This document shows, piece by piece, positions 9,579-19,372 of a stretch of DNA of 64,000 nucleotides (the stretch's first letter is position 1; each line of letters begins with the position of its first letter). Source of the stretch: Dehalococcoidia bacterium (GTDB taxonomy: Bacteria > Chloroflexota > Dehalococcoidia > UBA2979); the NCBI GenBank assembly GCA_963667465.2, contig CAXXDN010000002.1:1440001-1504000 (forward strand), given 5' to 3'. A program made the translations under genes and the position numbers. The notes under the pieces are model-generated. The model worked only from the letters and a program-made list of their open reading frames with translations. It was not told the DNA's origin and made no database searches.

Positions 9579-10316
9579 GTGTCAGGAGATAACAACCGCG
9601 CGCCGCAGATCGCCGATTTCGACCCGACGCTGCGGGTGAAGCGAAAGCCCTACCACGAACGGCTGCAGGAGTTGCAGCTCGAACTCCTGCACTTGCAGGT
9701 GCGGATGCGCGACGACGAGCACGCTGCCGCGGTGATCGTCTTCGAGGGCGTCGACGCCGGGGGCAAGGGGGGCACGATCGCGCGCCTCGCGGGACACCTC
9801 GATCCGCGCGGGGTGCGCGTCCACGGGATCGGAGCGCCCACGTCCCTCGAGCTGCTGGGGCACTACCTGCAGCGCTTCCACGCCCGCATGCCACGGCGCG
9901 GGCGGATCGCCGTCTTCGACCGCTCCTGGTACGGCCGCGTGCTCGTCGAGCGCGTCGAGGGCCTGACCCCGCGCTCGGACTGGGAACGCGGCTACCGCGA
10001 GATCTGCGAGTTCGAGCGCCTCTACCACGATGGCGGGACCGTCATCATCAAGTTCTGGATGCACATCTCCAGGGAGGAGCAGCTGCGCCGCTTCGAGCAG
10101 CGCGGCTCGGACCCGTTCAAGCGTTACAAGCTGACCCCGGACGACTGGCGCAACCGCGAGGCCTGGGACCTCTACATGCACGCGACCGACGAGATGTTCG
10201 AGCGTACCCACACCGACGTTGCGCCCTGGGTGCTCGTCAGCGCCGAGCAGAAGCGCTACGCCCGCCTCGTGGTCCTCAGCACGGTGGTCGACCGGCTCCG
10301 CGAGGCGTTCGGGTAG
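9579..10316 (+). CDS. ppk2: Polyphosphate kinase 2 family protein
   Basis: FEGVDAGGKGG, FDRSWYGRVLVERVEG, KFWMHISREEQ. Confidence 0.92.
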   Translation: MSGDNNRAPQIADFDPTLRVKRKPYHERLQELQLELLHLQVRMRDDEHAAAVIVFEGVDAGGKGGTIARLAGHLDPRGVRVHGIGAPTSLELLGHYLQRFHARMPRRGRIAVFDRSWYGRVLVERVEGLTPRSDWERGYREICEFERLYHDGGTVIIKFWMHISREEQLRRFEQRGSDPFKRYKLTPDDWRNREAWDLYMHATDEMFERTHTDVAPWVLVSAEQKRYARLVVLSTVVDRLREAFG

Positions 10317-10500
10317 CCCGGCAGGACGCCCCCGGCGCCTGCTCGCGGACCAGCTCCCGGACCCCGGCCAGCGTTCTCTCGGCGCGCAGCCAGCGTTCCA
10401 GGTGCTCAGCGGTCTCCTCGGACGGGTCGAGGATCGCGCTGATGCGGCTCGCGAGCGGGGACCCCTCCGCGCAGATCCAGGCCAGGTCTTCCTGGTATCC

Positions 10501-10539
10501 GGGGCAGCTCGGCGGGGCAGCTCGGCGGGGCAGCTCGGC
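10501..10539. repeat. 13-bp tandem repeat GGGGCAGCTCGGC x3
   Basis: Read directly from the sequence. Confidence 0.9.
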
Positions 10540-10646
10540 AGGGTAGTGCGCGAGACCCTGCCAGTGCAGTCGTCTCCCGATCCCGCCCGGACCTGACAGC
10601 GGATCGGCACCCGTGACTGGTGATGAAGCGGAGCGACGGCGGGCGC

Positions 10647-11561
10647 TCAGTCGCTCGCGACGCCGCCGCCCGGCTGCCGCGGCGCGAGCGTGGCGCCGGC
10701 CTTGCGTGTGGCGGCGTACTCCCAGAGCGGCCAGGCGCCGCGCAGGCCCACGTCGTCACCGCCGCTCGCAGGCACCACCTGCGAGGGGTCCAGCAGCTGC
10801 GCGCTGTGCAGCTCGCCCAGCCGCTCGCGCAGCGGATCGAGCAGCAACGGACCCGCCGAGGCAACCCCGCCGCCAATCACGACGCGCTCCGGCATGTACG
10901 CCTCGATCGCGTTCGCGACGCCGACCGCGATCGCCACCGCGATCTCGCGGAACCAGCCGAGCGCCTTCTCGTCGCCCGCCTGCGCGCGCCGCGTGACCTC
11001 CGCCCCGCTCAGGCCGGAGAGCCGCTCGAGGGCGGGACCGGCGCCGAGTGATTCGAGGGTGCGCAGTTCGCGGTGGTCGATCGTCGACTGGCCGATTTCG
11101 GCGAGCGAACGCTTGGCGTGCAGCAGCTGCCCGCCGATCAGCACGCCGCCGCCGATGCCCGTGCTGATCGTGAGGTAGACCATGTCGTCGGCGCCGCGGC
11201 CCGCGCCGTAGCGGTGCTCGCCGACGGCGGCGAGGTCGGCGTCGTTCACGAGGACGGCGGACAGGCCGCAGGCGTCCGCGAGCGGTTGCGCGGCGAGGTG
11301 GCCCTCCCAGGCGGTCAGGTTCGGCATGCGCCCCGCCACGCCGTGCTCGTAGTCCACCACGGCCGGAACGCCGACGATGGCGCCGCGCAGGTTCTCGCTC
11401 GCAGCGTCCGCGACCTCGCGCATCAGGCGGGGCAGCGCCGCGGGGTCGTCCGGCGGCGTGGGCTGCGCAGAGCGGGCGACGATCCCGCCCTCGGGCGTGA
11501 CGACGGCGACGCGCAGATTCGTGCCGCCGAGGTCGGCTGCGAGGACCGCCTCGCGGGGCAT
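10647..11561 (-). CDS. ROK family sugar kinase (glucokinase-like)
   Basis: ADLGGTNLR, NDADLAAVGE, TISTGIGGG. Confidence 0.9.
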   Translation of the reverse strand: MPREAVLAADLGGTNLRVAVVTPEGGIVARSAQPTPPDDPAALPRLMREVADAASENLRGAIVGVPAVVDYEHGVAGRMPNLTAWEGHLAAQPLADACGLSAVLVNDADLAAVGEHRYGAGRGADDMVYLTISTGIGGGVLIGGQLLHAKRSLAEIGQSTIDHRELRTLESLGAGPALERLSGLSGAEVTRRAQAGDEKALGWFREIAVAIAVGVANAIEAYMPERVVIGGGVASAGPLLLDPLRERLGELHSAQLLDPSQVVPASGGDDVGLRGAWPLWEYAATRKAGATLAPRQPGGGVASD

Positions 11562-12431
11562 CTAGGCCTCACGCACGGCGTGGCCGCCGAACTCGTTGCG
11601 CAGCGCGGCGAGCAGCCGCAGTGCGAAGGTGTGCTCACCGCGCGAGGCGAAGCGCGCCCACAGCGATCCCGCGATCACGTCCACCGGCACGCCCCGCTCG
11701 ACGCCCTCGATCACGGTCCAGCGGCCTTCGCCGGAGTCCTCGACGTAGGGCTGGATGCGGCTCAAATCGGGGTCGCCCTCCAGCGCGCGCTCCGCCAGCT
11801 CGAGCAGCCACGAGCGCACCACGGAGCCCCGCTGCCAGAGCCCGGCGATCGCCGCCAGGTCGAGCTCCTCGTCGTAAGCGTCGAGCAGCTCGAAGCCCTC
11901 GGCGTAGGCCTGCATCAGCCCGTACTCGATGCCGTTGTGGACCATCTTCACGTAGTGCCCCGACCCGCTCGGGCCGAGGTGCGCGTAGCCACCCTCGAGG
12001 GCGAGCGCCGCGAACAGCGGCTCGGCGTCGGCGAAGGCGTCCGCGGCGCCGCCGACCATGAGGCAGTACCCGTGTTCGAGGCCCCAGACACCGCCGGAGA
12101 CGCCGCAATCGAGGAAGCGCAACCCGCGTTCGGCTGCCTCCCCGGCCCGCCGGATCGAGTCCGTGTAGCGGCTGTTGCCGCCCTCGATCACGAGATCGCC
12201 CGCCGAGAGCAGACCGAGTAGCTCCTGGAAGGCGCTCTCCGTGGCCTCGCCGGAGGGGAGCATCAGCCAGACGGTGCGCGGCGGATCGAGCGTGGCGACC
12301 ATCGCCTCCAGCGAGTCGGCGTCACGCAGGTCGGCGGCGAGGTCGTAGCCGACGACCTCGTGCCCGGCGCGGCGGAGGCGTTCGCGGAGGCCGCCACCCA
12401 TGCGCCCGAGGCCGGCGAGCCCGATCTTCAC
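11562..12431 (-). CDS. gnd: 6-phosphogluconate dehydrogenase (decarboxylating, short type)
   Basis: GLGRMG, GVSGGVWG, GHYVKMVHNGIEYG, DSGEGRWT, RNEFGGH; GTGA overlap with tal-pgi. Confidence 0.93.
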   Translation of the reverse strand: MKIGLAGLGRMGGGLRERLRRAGHEVVGYDLAADLRDADSLEAMVATLDPPRTVWLMLPSGEATESAFQELLGLLSAGDLVIEGGNSRYTDSIRRAGEAAERGLRFLDCGVSGGVWGLEHGYCLMVGGAADAFADAEPLFAALALEGGYAHLGPSGSGHYVKMVHNGIEYGLMQAYAEGFELLDAYDEELDLAAIAGLWQRGSVVRSWLLELAERALEGDPDLSRIQPYVEDSGEGRWTVIEGVERGVPVDVIAGSLWARFASRGEHTFALRLLAALRNEFGGHAVREA

Positions 12432-15070
12432 GCGCCCAGCTCCGCCAGCTCCTCGATCGTCACGCGCGCGACGCGGCGGCCGAGCACGTGCAGCGACTCG
12501 AGGTCGCCGAGCGCCTGCGCCCGCTGCAGCTCGCCGAAGCCGGCCGCCCGGCCGGGGATCGCGAGGTCGTCGTCCTCGTCGCGCACGACCTGGATACAGA
12601 TGGCGCTGTCCGGACCGCCCTTGTGCAGCTGGCCGGTCGAGTGCAGGAAGCGCGGGCCGAACCCGACTGTCGCGGCGGCGCGGTAGCGGTCGCGCAGGCG
12701 AACGCGCGCGGCCTGCAGCGCCTCGACGTTGGCCTCGCTGCGAGGCAGGAACGCCAGCAGCGCGATGTAGTCGCCGGGTCCCGCGCCCGCAAGCAGCTCG
12801 GCCGCGGCGGGCGTCGAGGGCGCCTCGACCGGCTCGCTGCTGCCGAGGATGCGGGCGGTCGCGTCCTTCGCCTGCTGGACGTTGGGTTCGTCGAAGGGCT
12901 GGACGCCGAGCAGGGAGGCGGCGACGGCGGTGGCGACCTCCCAGCGGTAGAACTCCGCGCCGAGGCCGGCTGCGTCGCCCAGCGGCAGCCGCGCGACGGG
13001 CTGGCCGGCCTGTTCGAGCGCCGCGAGGCCCTCGTGGTCGCCGTAGGCGACGAACAGCCGGTCGGCGCCGTAAACCTCGGGCGGACCGAGCGGCTCGCCC
13101 TCGACGGGCACGATGCCGCTGCCGTCCTTGCCGGTGGACTCGGCGACCAGTTGCTCGATCCACGCCCCGAGGGCGGCGAGCGGCGGCGGCAGCACGAGCG
13201 TCAGCTTGTCGCGCCCGCTCCCGGCAGCCGCACTGAGGATGGCGCCGAGCCGCACGCCGGGGTTGTCGGCGGGCGGCGCGCAGGCCCCACAGGCGCGTTG
13301 TAGCTCGACCGCGGGCGCGAGCAGGCCACGCAAATCGACCCCGAGCAGCGCCGCCGGCACGAGGCCGAAGTACGAGAGCGCGGAGTAGCGCCCGCCAATC
13401 TCCTGCGGGTTGAGGAAGACCTGCCGGAAGCCTCGCTCCTCCGCGAGTTCGGCGAGCGGCGTAGCCGGGTCCGTGATCGCGACGAAGCGCGCGCCGTCCG
13501 GGACGCGCGACCAGAAGTAGTCGAGCTGCGAGCGCGTCTCCACCGTTGTGCCCGACTTGCTGGCGACGACGAACAGCGTGCGCGAGAGATCGAGGCGCGC
13601 GTCGAGGGCGCGGATCTCCGCCGGGTCGGTCGTATCGAGGACGCTGAGCGCCGGGTGGCCGGGTGCGCTGCCGTGCGTGCCCGCGACGACTTCGGCAACG
13701 AGGCTGGAGCCGCCCATCCCGAGCAGCACGATGTCGTCGAGGCCCTCGGCGACCGCCTCGCGGGCGAACGCCTCGATCTCCTCGACGCGTCCTGCGAAGT
13801 CCTCCGGCGCCGTCAGCCAGCCGAGGCGATCGGCGATGCCCGCCGGCTCGTCTGCCCAGAGCGTGTGATCGCCCACCTGCAGGCGGCCGGCGGTGTCCTC
13901 GCGCGTGATCTGGTCGAGCGCCTCGCTCGTGGTGACCGCGATCGGGCCGAGGCTGCCCTCGATGCGGGCGCTGCCGGAGCGGATCGCGGTCAGCGCCTCG
14001 TCGATGCAGCGCAGCAGCGCAAGGAAGTCCGCCTCGAACGCGTCAAGCCCATCGATGAGCAGCTGGTCCGTCACCGCCTCGAGGTCCACGCCCGCCTCGC
14101 CGAGGGCGGCGAGCGTCGCCTCGGCCTCGGCCTCGTCCTCGCGCGTGATCGCGTGCGAGGCGTCGCCGTGGTCGGCGAAGGCGTTGAGCGTCGGCTCCGG
14201 CAGCGTGTTCACCGTGTGCGGCGCGACGAGGTTGTCGACGTAGAGCACGTCCGGGTAGGCGGCGTTTTTTGTGCCGGTCGAGGCCCAGAGCGGGCGCTGC
14301 ACGCGCGCCCCCGCGGCCGCGAGGCCGTCCCACATCCCGCCCGAGAAGACCTCGGCGAAGCGCGCGTAGGCGGCGCGCGCGTTGGCGACGCCTGCCTTCC
14401 CGCGCAGCGGCGAGTTGTCCGCCAGCCGCCCGTCCACCTGCGTATCGACGCGCGAGACGAAGAACGAGGCGACCGAGGCGATCGCGGAGAGGTCGCGCCC
14501 CGCCTCGAGCGCGCGTTCGAGCCCGGCGACATAGGCGCGCGCGACCGCCTCGTAGACGGCGATGTCGAAGAGCAGGGTGATGTTGACGTTGACGCCCTCG
14601 CCGATCAGGCGCTCAACGGTCTCAGGCGCGTTGGGCGTGCCGGGCACCTTGATCATCACGTTGGGCCGGCCGACCGCCTCGACGAGGCGGCGCGCCTCGG
14701 CGATCGAGCGCTGCGAGTCGTGCTCGACGCCCGGCGGCAGCTCGAAGGAGACGTAGCCGTCCGCGCCTCCGCCCGCCTCGTAGATCGGGCGCAGCGCGTC
14801 GGCGGCGCGGCGCAGGTCGGCGCCGGCGAGGCGCACGAAGGCGTCGTAGGGGTCGCTCACCCCGGCGTCGGCGAGGGCGCGCAGCTCGTCGTCGTAGTCG
14901 GATGAGCCGGCGATTGCCTTGCCGAAGATCGTCGGGTTGGAGGTCAGCCCGGAGACCCACTCGTCATCGATCAGGCGCTGCAACTCGCCGGAATCGAGGA
15001 AGCCGCGGCTGATGAAGTCGAGCCAGGTGCTCTGGCCCTGCTCGTGCAGGAGCGCAAGCGACTCGCTCAT
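12428..15070 (-). CDS. tal-pgi: Bifunctional transaldolase / phosphoglucose isomerase
   Basis: GLTSNPTIF, NVMIKVPGT, LWASTGTK (Tal); GMGGSSL, SKSGTTVET, IGGRYSALS, HSTGQLHKGGP (Pgi). Confidence 0.94.
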   Translation of the reverse strand: MSESLALLHEQGQSTWLDFISRGFLDSGELQRLIDDEWVSGLTSNPTIFGKAIAGSSDYDDELRALADAGVSDPYDAFVRLAGADLRRAADALRPIYEAGGGADGYVSFELPPGVEHDSQRSIAEARRLVEAVGRPNVMIKVPGTPNAPETVERLIGEGVNVNITLLFDIAVYEAVARAYVAGLERALEAGRDLSAIASVASFFVSRVDTQVDGRLADNSPLRGKAGVANARAAYARFAEVFSGGMWDGLAAAGARVQRPLWASTGTKNAAYPDVLYVDNLVAPHTVNTLPEPTLNAFADHGDASHAITREDEAEAEATLAALGEAGVDLEAVTDQLLIDGLDAFEADFLALLRCIDEALTAIRSGSARIEGSLGPIAVTTSEALDQITREDTAGRLQVGDHTLWADEPAGIADRLGWLTAPEDFAGRVEEIEAFAREAVAEGLDDIVLLGMGGSSLVAEVVAGTHGSAPGHPALSVLDTTDPAEIRALDARLDLSRTLFVVASKSGTTVETRSQLDYFWSRVPDGARFVAITDPATPLAELAEERGFRQVFLNPQEIGGRYSALSYFGLVPAALLGVDLRGLLAPAVELQRACGACAPPADNPGVRLGAILSAAAGSGRDKLTLVLPPPLAALGAWIEQLVAESTGKDGSGIVPVEGEPLGPPEVYGADRLFVAYGDHEGLAALEQAGQPVARLPLGDAAGLGAEFYRWEVATAVAASLLGVQPFDEPNVQQAKDATARILGSSEPVEAPSTPAAAELLAGAGPGDYIALLAFLPRSEANVEALQAARVRLRDRYRAAATVGFGPRFLHSTGQLHKGGPDSAICIQVVRDEDDDLAIPGRAAGFGELQRAQALGDLESLHVLGRRVARVTIEELAELGA

Positions 15071-15215
15071 GGGTCGGGACCTCCTCGGACACGGGGAGCG
15101 GGCGCGCGGCCTTCTGCGCGCATCCTAATCGAGATTCGTCCGGGTGGCAGCGCCGGGAGTGGCAAGGCGCGGCCTCGCTATACTCCCCACGACGACGAGC
15201 GAGTGGAGGTGAGCG

Positions 15216-16019
15216 ATGGGCGAGTTCGTTGAGTACGAGGTGGAGGGCCGAATCGCGACAGCGACGCTGAACCGGCCCGAGCGGCTGAACGCGATGAACA
15301 CACCGCTGATCAACGAGCTGGTCGGCTACCTCGAGCAGGCCGCCGCCGACCCCGGCGTGCACGTCGCCATCGTGCAGGGCGCAGGCCGTGCCTTCTCAAC
15401 CGGCTACGAGATCGGCGAGCAGCGCGATCACGACCGGCCCTGGTCGCCGGCCCTCGACCGCGACCTGATCGAGACTCGCCTGCTGACCTGGCTGCGCATC
15501 CCCGAGATCCGGCTGCCGATCATCGCGAAGGTGCACGGCTACTGCATCGCCGGCGGCACGCAGCTGGCGAGCATCTGCGATGTGACCTTCGCCGCCGAGG
15601 ACACGCGCGTCGGCAGCGGGCCGCAGCTGCCCCTCGGCGCGGGCTTCGTGACGGCATTCTGGGCCTGGCATATCGGGCCGAAGAAGGCGAAGCGCTACGC
15701 CTTCCCCTCCGGCGAGTTCATCACGGGCACCGAGGCGGCGGAGCTCGGCCTCTTCAACGAGGCCGTCCCGGCGGACCAGCTCGACGCCTACGTCCTCGAC
15801 TACGCGCAGCGCATCGCGCTCGTCCCGAAGGACGTGCTCGTGATCCACAAGCTGACCGCGAACCGCATCCAGGAGATCCAGGGCTTCCGCTCCTCGCTCC
15901 GCGCAGGCGCCGAACTTGACGCCATCGCCCACTTCTCGCCCGAGGTCGACAAGCTGCGCGCCAGCGTCCGCGAACTCGGCGTGCGCGGCGCCATCGACGC
16001 CTGGAAGTCGCAGGTCTAG
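15216..16019 (+). CDS. Enoyl-CoA hydratase/isomerase family protein
   Basis: TLNRPERLNA, GAGRAFSTG, AKVHGYCIAGG; TATACT at 15179-15184 and GGAGGTGA RBS. Confidence 0.88.
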   Translation: MGEFVEYEVEGRIATATLNRPERLNAMNTPLINELVGYLEQAAADPGVHVAIVQGAGRAFSTGYEIGEQRDHDRPWSPALDRDLIETRLLTWLRIPEIRLPIIAKVHGYCIAGGTQLASICDVTFAAEDTRVGSGPQLPLGAGFVTAFWAWHIGPKKAKRYAFPSGEFITGTEAAELGLFNEAVPADQLDAYVLDYAQRIALVPKDVLVIHKLTANRIQEIQGFRSSLRAGAELDAIAHFSPEVDKLRASVRELGVRGAIDAWKSQV

Positions 16020-16053
16020 GCGCGGTCTTCCGGCCGCCGCTGAGGGCGTCCCG

Positions 16054-17049
16054 ATGGCGCGCAAAGAGACGCTGGTCGACGCCGAGGGCGTCGCGGTGCG
16101 GCTGTCCAGCCCGGACAAGGTGATGTTCCCCGAGCGGGGCTGGACGAAGCTCGACGTCGCCGAGCACTACCTGCGCTGCGCCGCGGGCGTGCTGCGCGCC
16201 ATCGGCGGGCGGCCCTGCCTGCTCAAGCGCTGGCCGCAAGGCGCGGGCGGCGAGCCCTTCTACCAGAAGCGCGCGCCGAAGGCGGCGCGCGAGACCGCCT
16301 GGATCACCTTCCCCTCCGCGCGGCCCGGCCGCATGGTCGTCGCGCGCGAGTTGCAGGACGTGATCTGGATGGTGCAGCTCAACTGCCTCGACCTGCACAG
16401 CTGGCCCGTCACCACCGAGGACCTCGACCACCCCGACGAGCTGCGGCTCGACCTCGATCCAGCCGAGGGCTCCGACTTCGAGCTGGCGCGCGCGGTCGCC
16501 GCGCTCTGCCGCGACGTGCTCATCGAGCACGGTCTGGAGGGCCGTCCCAAGACCTCGGGCTCGCGCGGCATCCACATCTACGTGCCAATCGAGCCGCGCT
16601 GGAGCTTCCACGAGGTGCGGCGCGCCTCGCTGGCGCTCGCCCGCGAGGTCGAGCGCCGCGAGCCCGGCCTCGCCACCACCGAGTGGTGGAAGGAGCAACG
16701 GCGCGGCGTCTTCATCGACTACAACCAGAACGCGCGCGACAAGACGATCGCCAGCGCCTACAGCGTGCGCCACACCGGCCTCGTCTCCGCCCCCTTCGCC
16801 TGGGACGAACTCGAAACGATCGACCCGCACGCACTCGACCTTGAGGCGTTCGCCGAGCGCTGGGACGCCCGCGGCGACGTCGCCGCGACGATCGAGGCGC
16901 CGCCGGGCCGCCTCGACGGCCTGCTGGCGCTCGCGGAGGCCGACGAGGCGCGCGGAATCGGCGACGCACCGTGGCCGCCGCACTACCCGAAGCAACCAGG
17001 CGAACGGCCGCGGGTCCAGCCCTCGAAGCGCGCGGCCCCGAAGGCGTAG
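16054..17049 (+). CDS. Stand-alone primase-polymerase (LigD Pol-domain family, Prim-PolC-like)
   Basis: SSPDKVMFP, FYQKRAP, DELRLDLDP, KTSGSRGIH, DYNQNARDKT; C-terminal PPHYPKQPGERPRVQPSK tail. Confidence 0.9.
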   Translation: MARKETLVDAEGVAVRLSSPDKVMFPERGWTKLDVAEHYLRCAAGVLRAIGGRPCLLKRWPQGAGGEPFYQKRAPKAARETAWITFPSARPGRMVVARELQDVIWMVQLNCLDLHSWPVTTEDLDHPDELRLDLDPAEGSDFELARAVAALCRDVLIEHGLEGRPKTSGSRGIHIYVPIEPRWSFHEVRRASLALAREVERREPGLATTEWWKEQRRGVFIDYNQNARDKTIASAYSVRHTGLVSAPFAWDELETIDPHALDLEAFAERWDARGDVAATIEAPPGRLDGLLALAEADEARGIGDAPWPPHYPKQPGERPRVQPSKRAAPKA

Positions 17050-17097
17050 CGCCCGCTCAGCCAGGCCCACTGGCGCCTGCTCCGCCCCCTCCCATCC

Positions 17098-17123
17098 GTC
17101 ATTCCGGCGAAAGCCGGAATCCA
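17098..17123 (+). repeat. Palindromic repeat family C (GTCATTCCGGCGAAAGCCGGAATCCA)
   Basis: Recurs at 21160-21185 (reverse) and 62757-62782. Confidence 0.85.
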
Positions 17124-17165
17124 GCACGCCCGAGAGAAAGTCCCGATCCGCTCCGAAATCCCGAA

Positions 17166-17394
17166 GGCGGGGCCGAGGGGTCCGGCCTGACCTCGAGGCG
17201 CTCGTGCGGGGGCGGCAGTTGCGGGGGCGGGCGCTCCGTGCGGGGCGTGGGGCACAGCCCCTACATGAAGAAGCTCCGAGGGCGGGGCCGAGGGGTCCGG
17301 TCTGACCTCGAGGCGCTCGTGCGGAGGCGGCAGTTGCAGGGCGGCCGCTCCGGGCGGGGCGTGGGGCGCAGCTCCCACATGAAGAAGCTCCGAG
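17166..17394 (+). repeat. Tandem duplication of an ~115-bp unit ending in a family A hairpin
   Basis: 17166-17280 and 17281-17394 are nearly identical. Confidence 0.88.
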
Positions 17395-17464
17395 GGCGGA
17401 ACCGAGGGCCGCCGTGACCAGGGGGCGATCGGGTGGGGCGGCGGTCGCCGGGCAGGCGCTCCGC

Positions 17465-17582
17465 GTGGGGGCGTGGGGGCGCAGCCCCCACATGAAGAGA
17501 TTCCGAGGGTGGGTGGGTGGGCCGGAGCCGCGCGCAGCGCGTGCTCCTCCGGGATGGGGGCGTGGGGGGCGCAGCCCCCCAC
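17465..17582 (+). repeat. Dispersed repeat family A, full copy (hairpin - G4 motif - hairpin - hairpin)
   Basis: GTGGGGGCGCAGCCCCCAC...TCCGAGGGTGGGTGGGTGGG...GAGCCGCGCGCAGCGCGTGCTC...GGGGGGCGCAGCCCCCC. Confidence 0.9.
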
Positions 17583-17649
17583 AACAGAGGCGCGCGCCAC
17601 CCCCGAAGGCGTAGATCGCCCCTCAGCGCATCATCCGTCCGCCGTCGAC

Positions 17650-18045
17650 CTACGAGGTGTGCTGCGCGACGATCGCTCGCGCTTCGTCGCCGACGCCCGG
17701 CAACGCCGCCTGGAACGCGTCTTCATCCAGCGAAGCCGCAAGGTTTGGATAGCCCGCGCGCTCGATCATCGGTCGCAGGCGGCCGCGCTCGAAACGCTCC
17801 AACACCCAGTCGAGGGGATCACCGGCCGCCGTCGCGTCCAGCATCAGGCGCTCGTTACCCAGCTCCGGGCCGTAGTGGTAGTGGGGCGCCTCGGCGAAGC
17901 AATCGAAGCGCAGCAGCTCCGTGTCCTGTCCATCGATGTCCGCGTAGATTTGGATGCACAACCCGCCGTCGCCCGGGATGTCTCCCCGGTAACTCATGGC
18001 GACCTCGACCGCTCCGGCGGCGATTACCTTCGTACCCTTGTCCAC
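17650..18045 (-). CDS. Hypothetical protein
   Basis: Typical codon bias, last gene of a minus-strand run, motif ELLRFDCFAEAPHYHYGP. Confidence 0.7.
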   Translation of the reverse strand: MDKGTKVIAAGAVEVAMSYRGDIPGDGGLCIQIYADIDGQDTELLRFDCFAEAPHYHYGPELGNERLMLDATAAGDPLDWVLERFERGRLRPMIERAGYPNLAASLDEDAFQAALPGVGDEARAIVAQHTS

Positions 18046-18144
18046 GCCGACCCCGCCCTCCGCCTCGACCCGCACCCCCGCTCGGGACGCTCGATCGAGG
18101 GCAGCAGTCTAACCGACGCGCGACGCCGGACAGCCGACCGTGCG

Positions 18145-19356
18145 TTAGCCGAAGACGCCGCGTTCCGCGAGCCGTGCCTGCTCGTCCTCACCGATGCCGA
18201 ACTCGCGCAGCACCTCGTGCGTGTGTTCTCCGCTCGCCGGCGCCGGTCCGCGTGGTCCGAGGTCGGTGGAGCGGATCTGGAAGGGCGTGCCGAGCGTCTG
18301 GTACGCGCCTGCCTCGGGATGCTCCACTTCCCGGATCCAGCCGTACTCGCGCACCTGCGGGTCGGCGATCACCTCCGGCAGCTCGGCGGCCGGCGCCCAG
18401 ATCACCCCGTGCTCGTCGAGACGGCCCGACCAGTAGGCGAGGTCCTGTGCGGCGAAGGTTTCCGAGATTGTCGCGGCCAGCTCGCGGCGCTCCTCGGCGA
18501 AGCGCTCCGCCGCGCTGCGTCCATCCAGCGCCAACTCCGGCCGCCCGATCGCGGCGCAGAACTGGTCCCAGTAGCGGTCCGGTTGCAGCATCACCAACAC
18601 GATCCAGCGCCCGTCCCTCGTCTGGTACGAGTTCCAGATCGGGTTCGGCGGCGCCTCGCGATCGTGCCGCGGGGCAGCCTGGCCGGCGACGAGCGCGGCG
18701 GAGAAGTCCGTGCCGACGCTCCACAGCCCGGTGCCCTGCAGGGTGACTTCCACGTACTGCCCCTCGCCGCTCTGGTCGCGCAGCCGGAGGGCGGCGAGCA
18801 CGGCGGCGAGCAGGGTGACGCTCGTCATGTGGTCGCCCTGGCCCGGCCGGTTGAGTGGCGGGGGCGAGCCTGGCGGCTGTTGCAGCGCCGCCATCACCCC
18901 GGCGCGCGCCCAGAACGCCGAGTAGTCGAAGCCCGCCCGCTCCGAATCCGGACCGCGCGTCCCGTAGCCGGTGAGGGACGCGTAGATGATCGAGGGGCGC
19001 ACGGCGCGCAGCGCGTCCTCGGTGAGTCCGTAGCGCTCGCGCCGGGGCTGCGTGAGGTTGGTCAGGAACACATCTGCGCGCTCGCAGAGCCGCCACACGA
19101 GGCCCGGGCCGCCCTCGCTCGTGAGGTCGACAGTGATCGACCGCTTCCCACGGTTGTCGAGCTCGAAGGCGTAGTTGAGCGCGAAGTCATGGTCGTAGCC
19201 GCTCGCGCGCTGGTCATAGCCGCGGAACGGGTCGCCGCCCGGCGGCTCCACCTTCACGACGTCCGCACCGAGGTCGGCCATCAGCGCACCGGTGCTCGGC
19301 GCGGCGAGCCAGTTGGCGGCCTCGATCACAACGATGCCGCTCAGCGGTCCGGACAC
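18145..19356 (-). CDS. Family III CoA-transferase (CaiB/BaiF)
   Basis: PLSGIVVIE, LGADVVKVEPPGGD, NRGKRSI, GQGDH; RBS GGAGGAGG. Confidence 0.92.
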   Translation of the reverse strand: MSGPLSGIVVIEAANWLAAPSTGALMADLGADVVKVEPPGGDPFRGYDQRASGYDHDFALNYAFELDNRGKRSITVDLTSEGGPGLVWRLCERADVFLTNLTQPRRERYGLTEDALRAVRPSIIYASLTGYGTRGPDSERAGFDYSAFWARAGVMAALQQPPGSPPPLNRPGQGDHMTSVTLLAAVLAALRLRDQSGEGQYVEVTLQGTGLWSVGTDFSAALVAGQAAPRHDREAPPNPIWNSYQTRDGRWIVLVMLQPDRYWDQFCAAIGRPELALDGRSAAERFAEERRELAATISETFAAQDLAYWSGRLDEHGVIWAPAAELPEVIADPQVREYGWIREVEHPEAGAYQTLGTPFQIRSTDLGPRGPAPASGEHTHEVLREFGIGEDEQARLAERGVFG

Positions 19357-19372
19357 GGCCCGACCTCCTCCG

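Noticed and set aside
17098-17600. Possible CRISPR array in the repeat clusters
   Set aside because: No regular repeat-spacer periodicity and no cas genes
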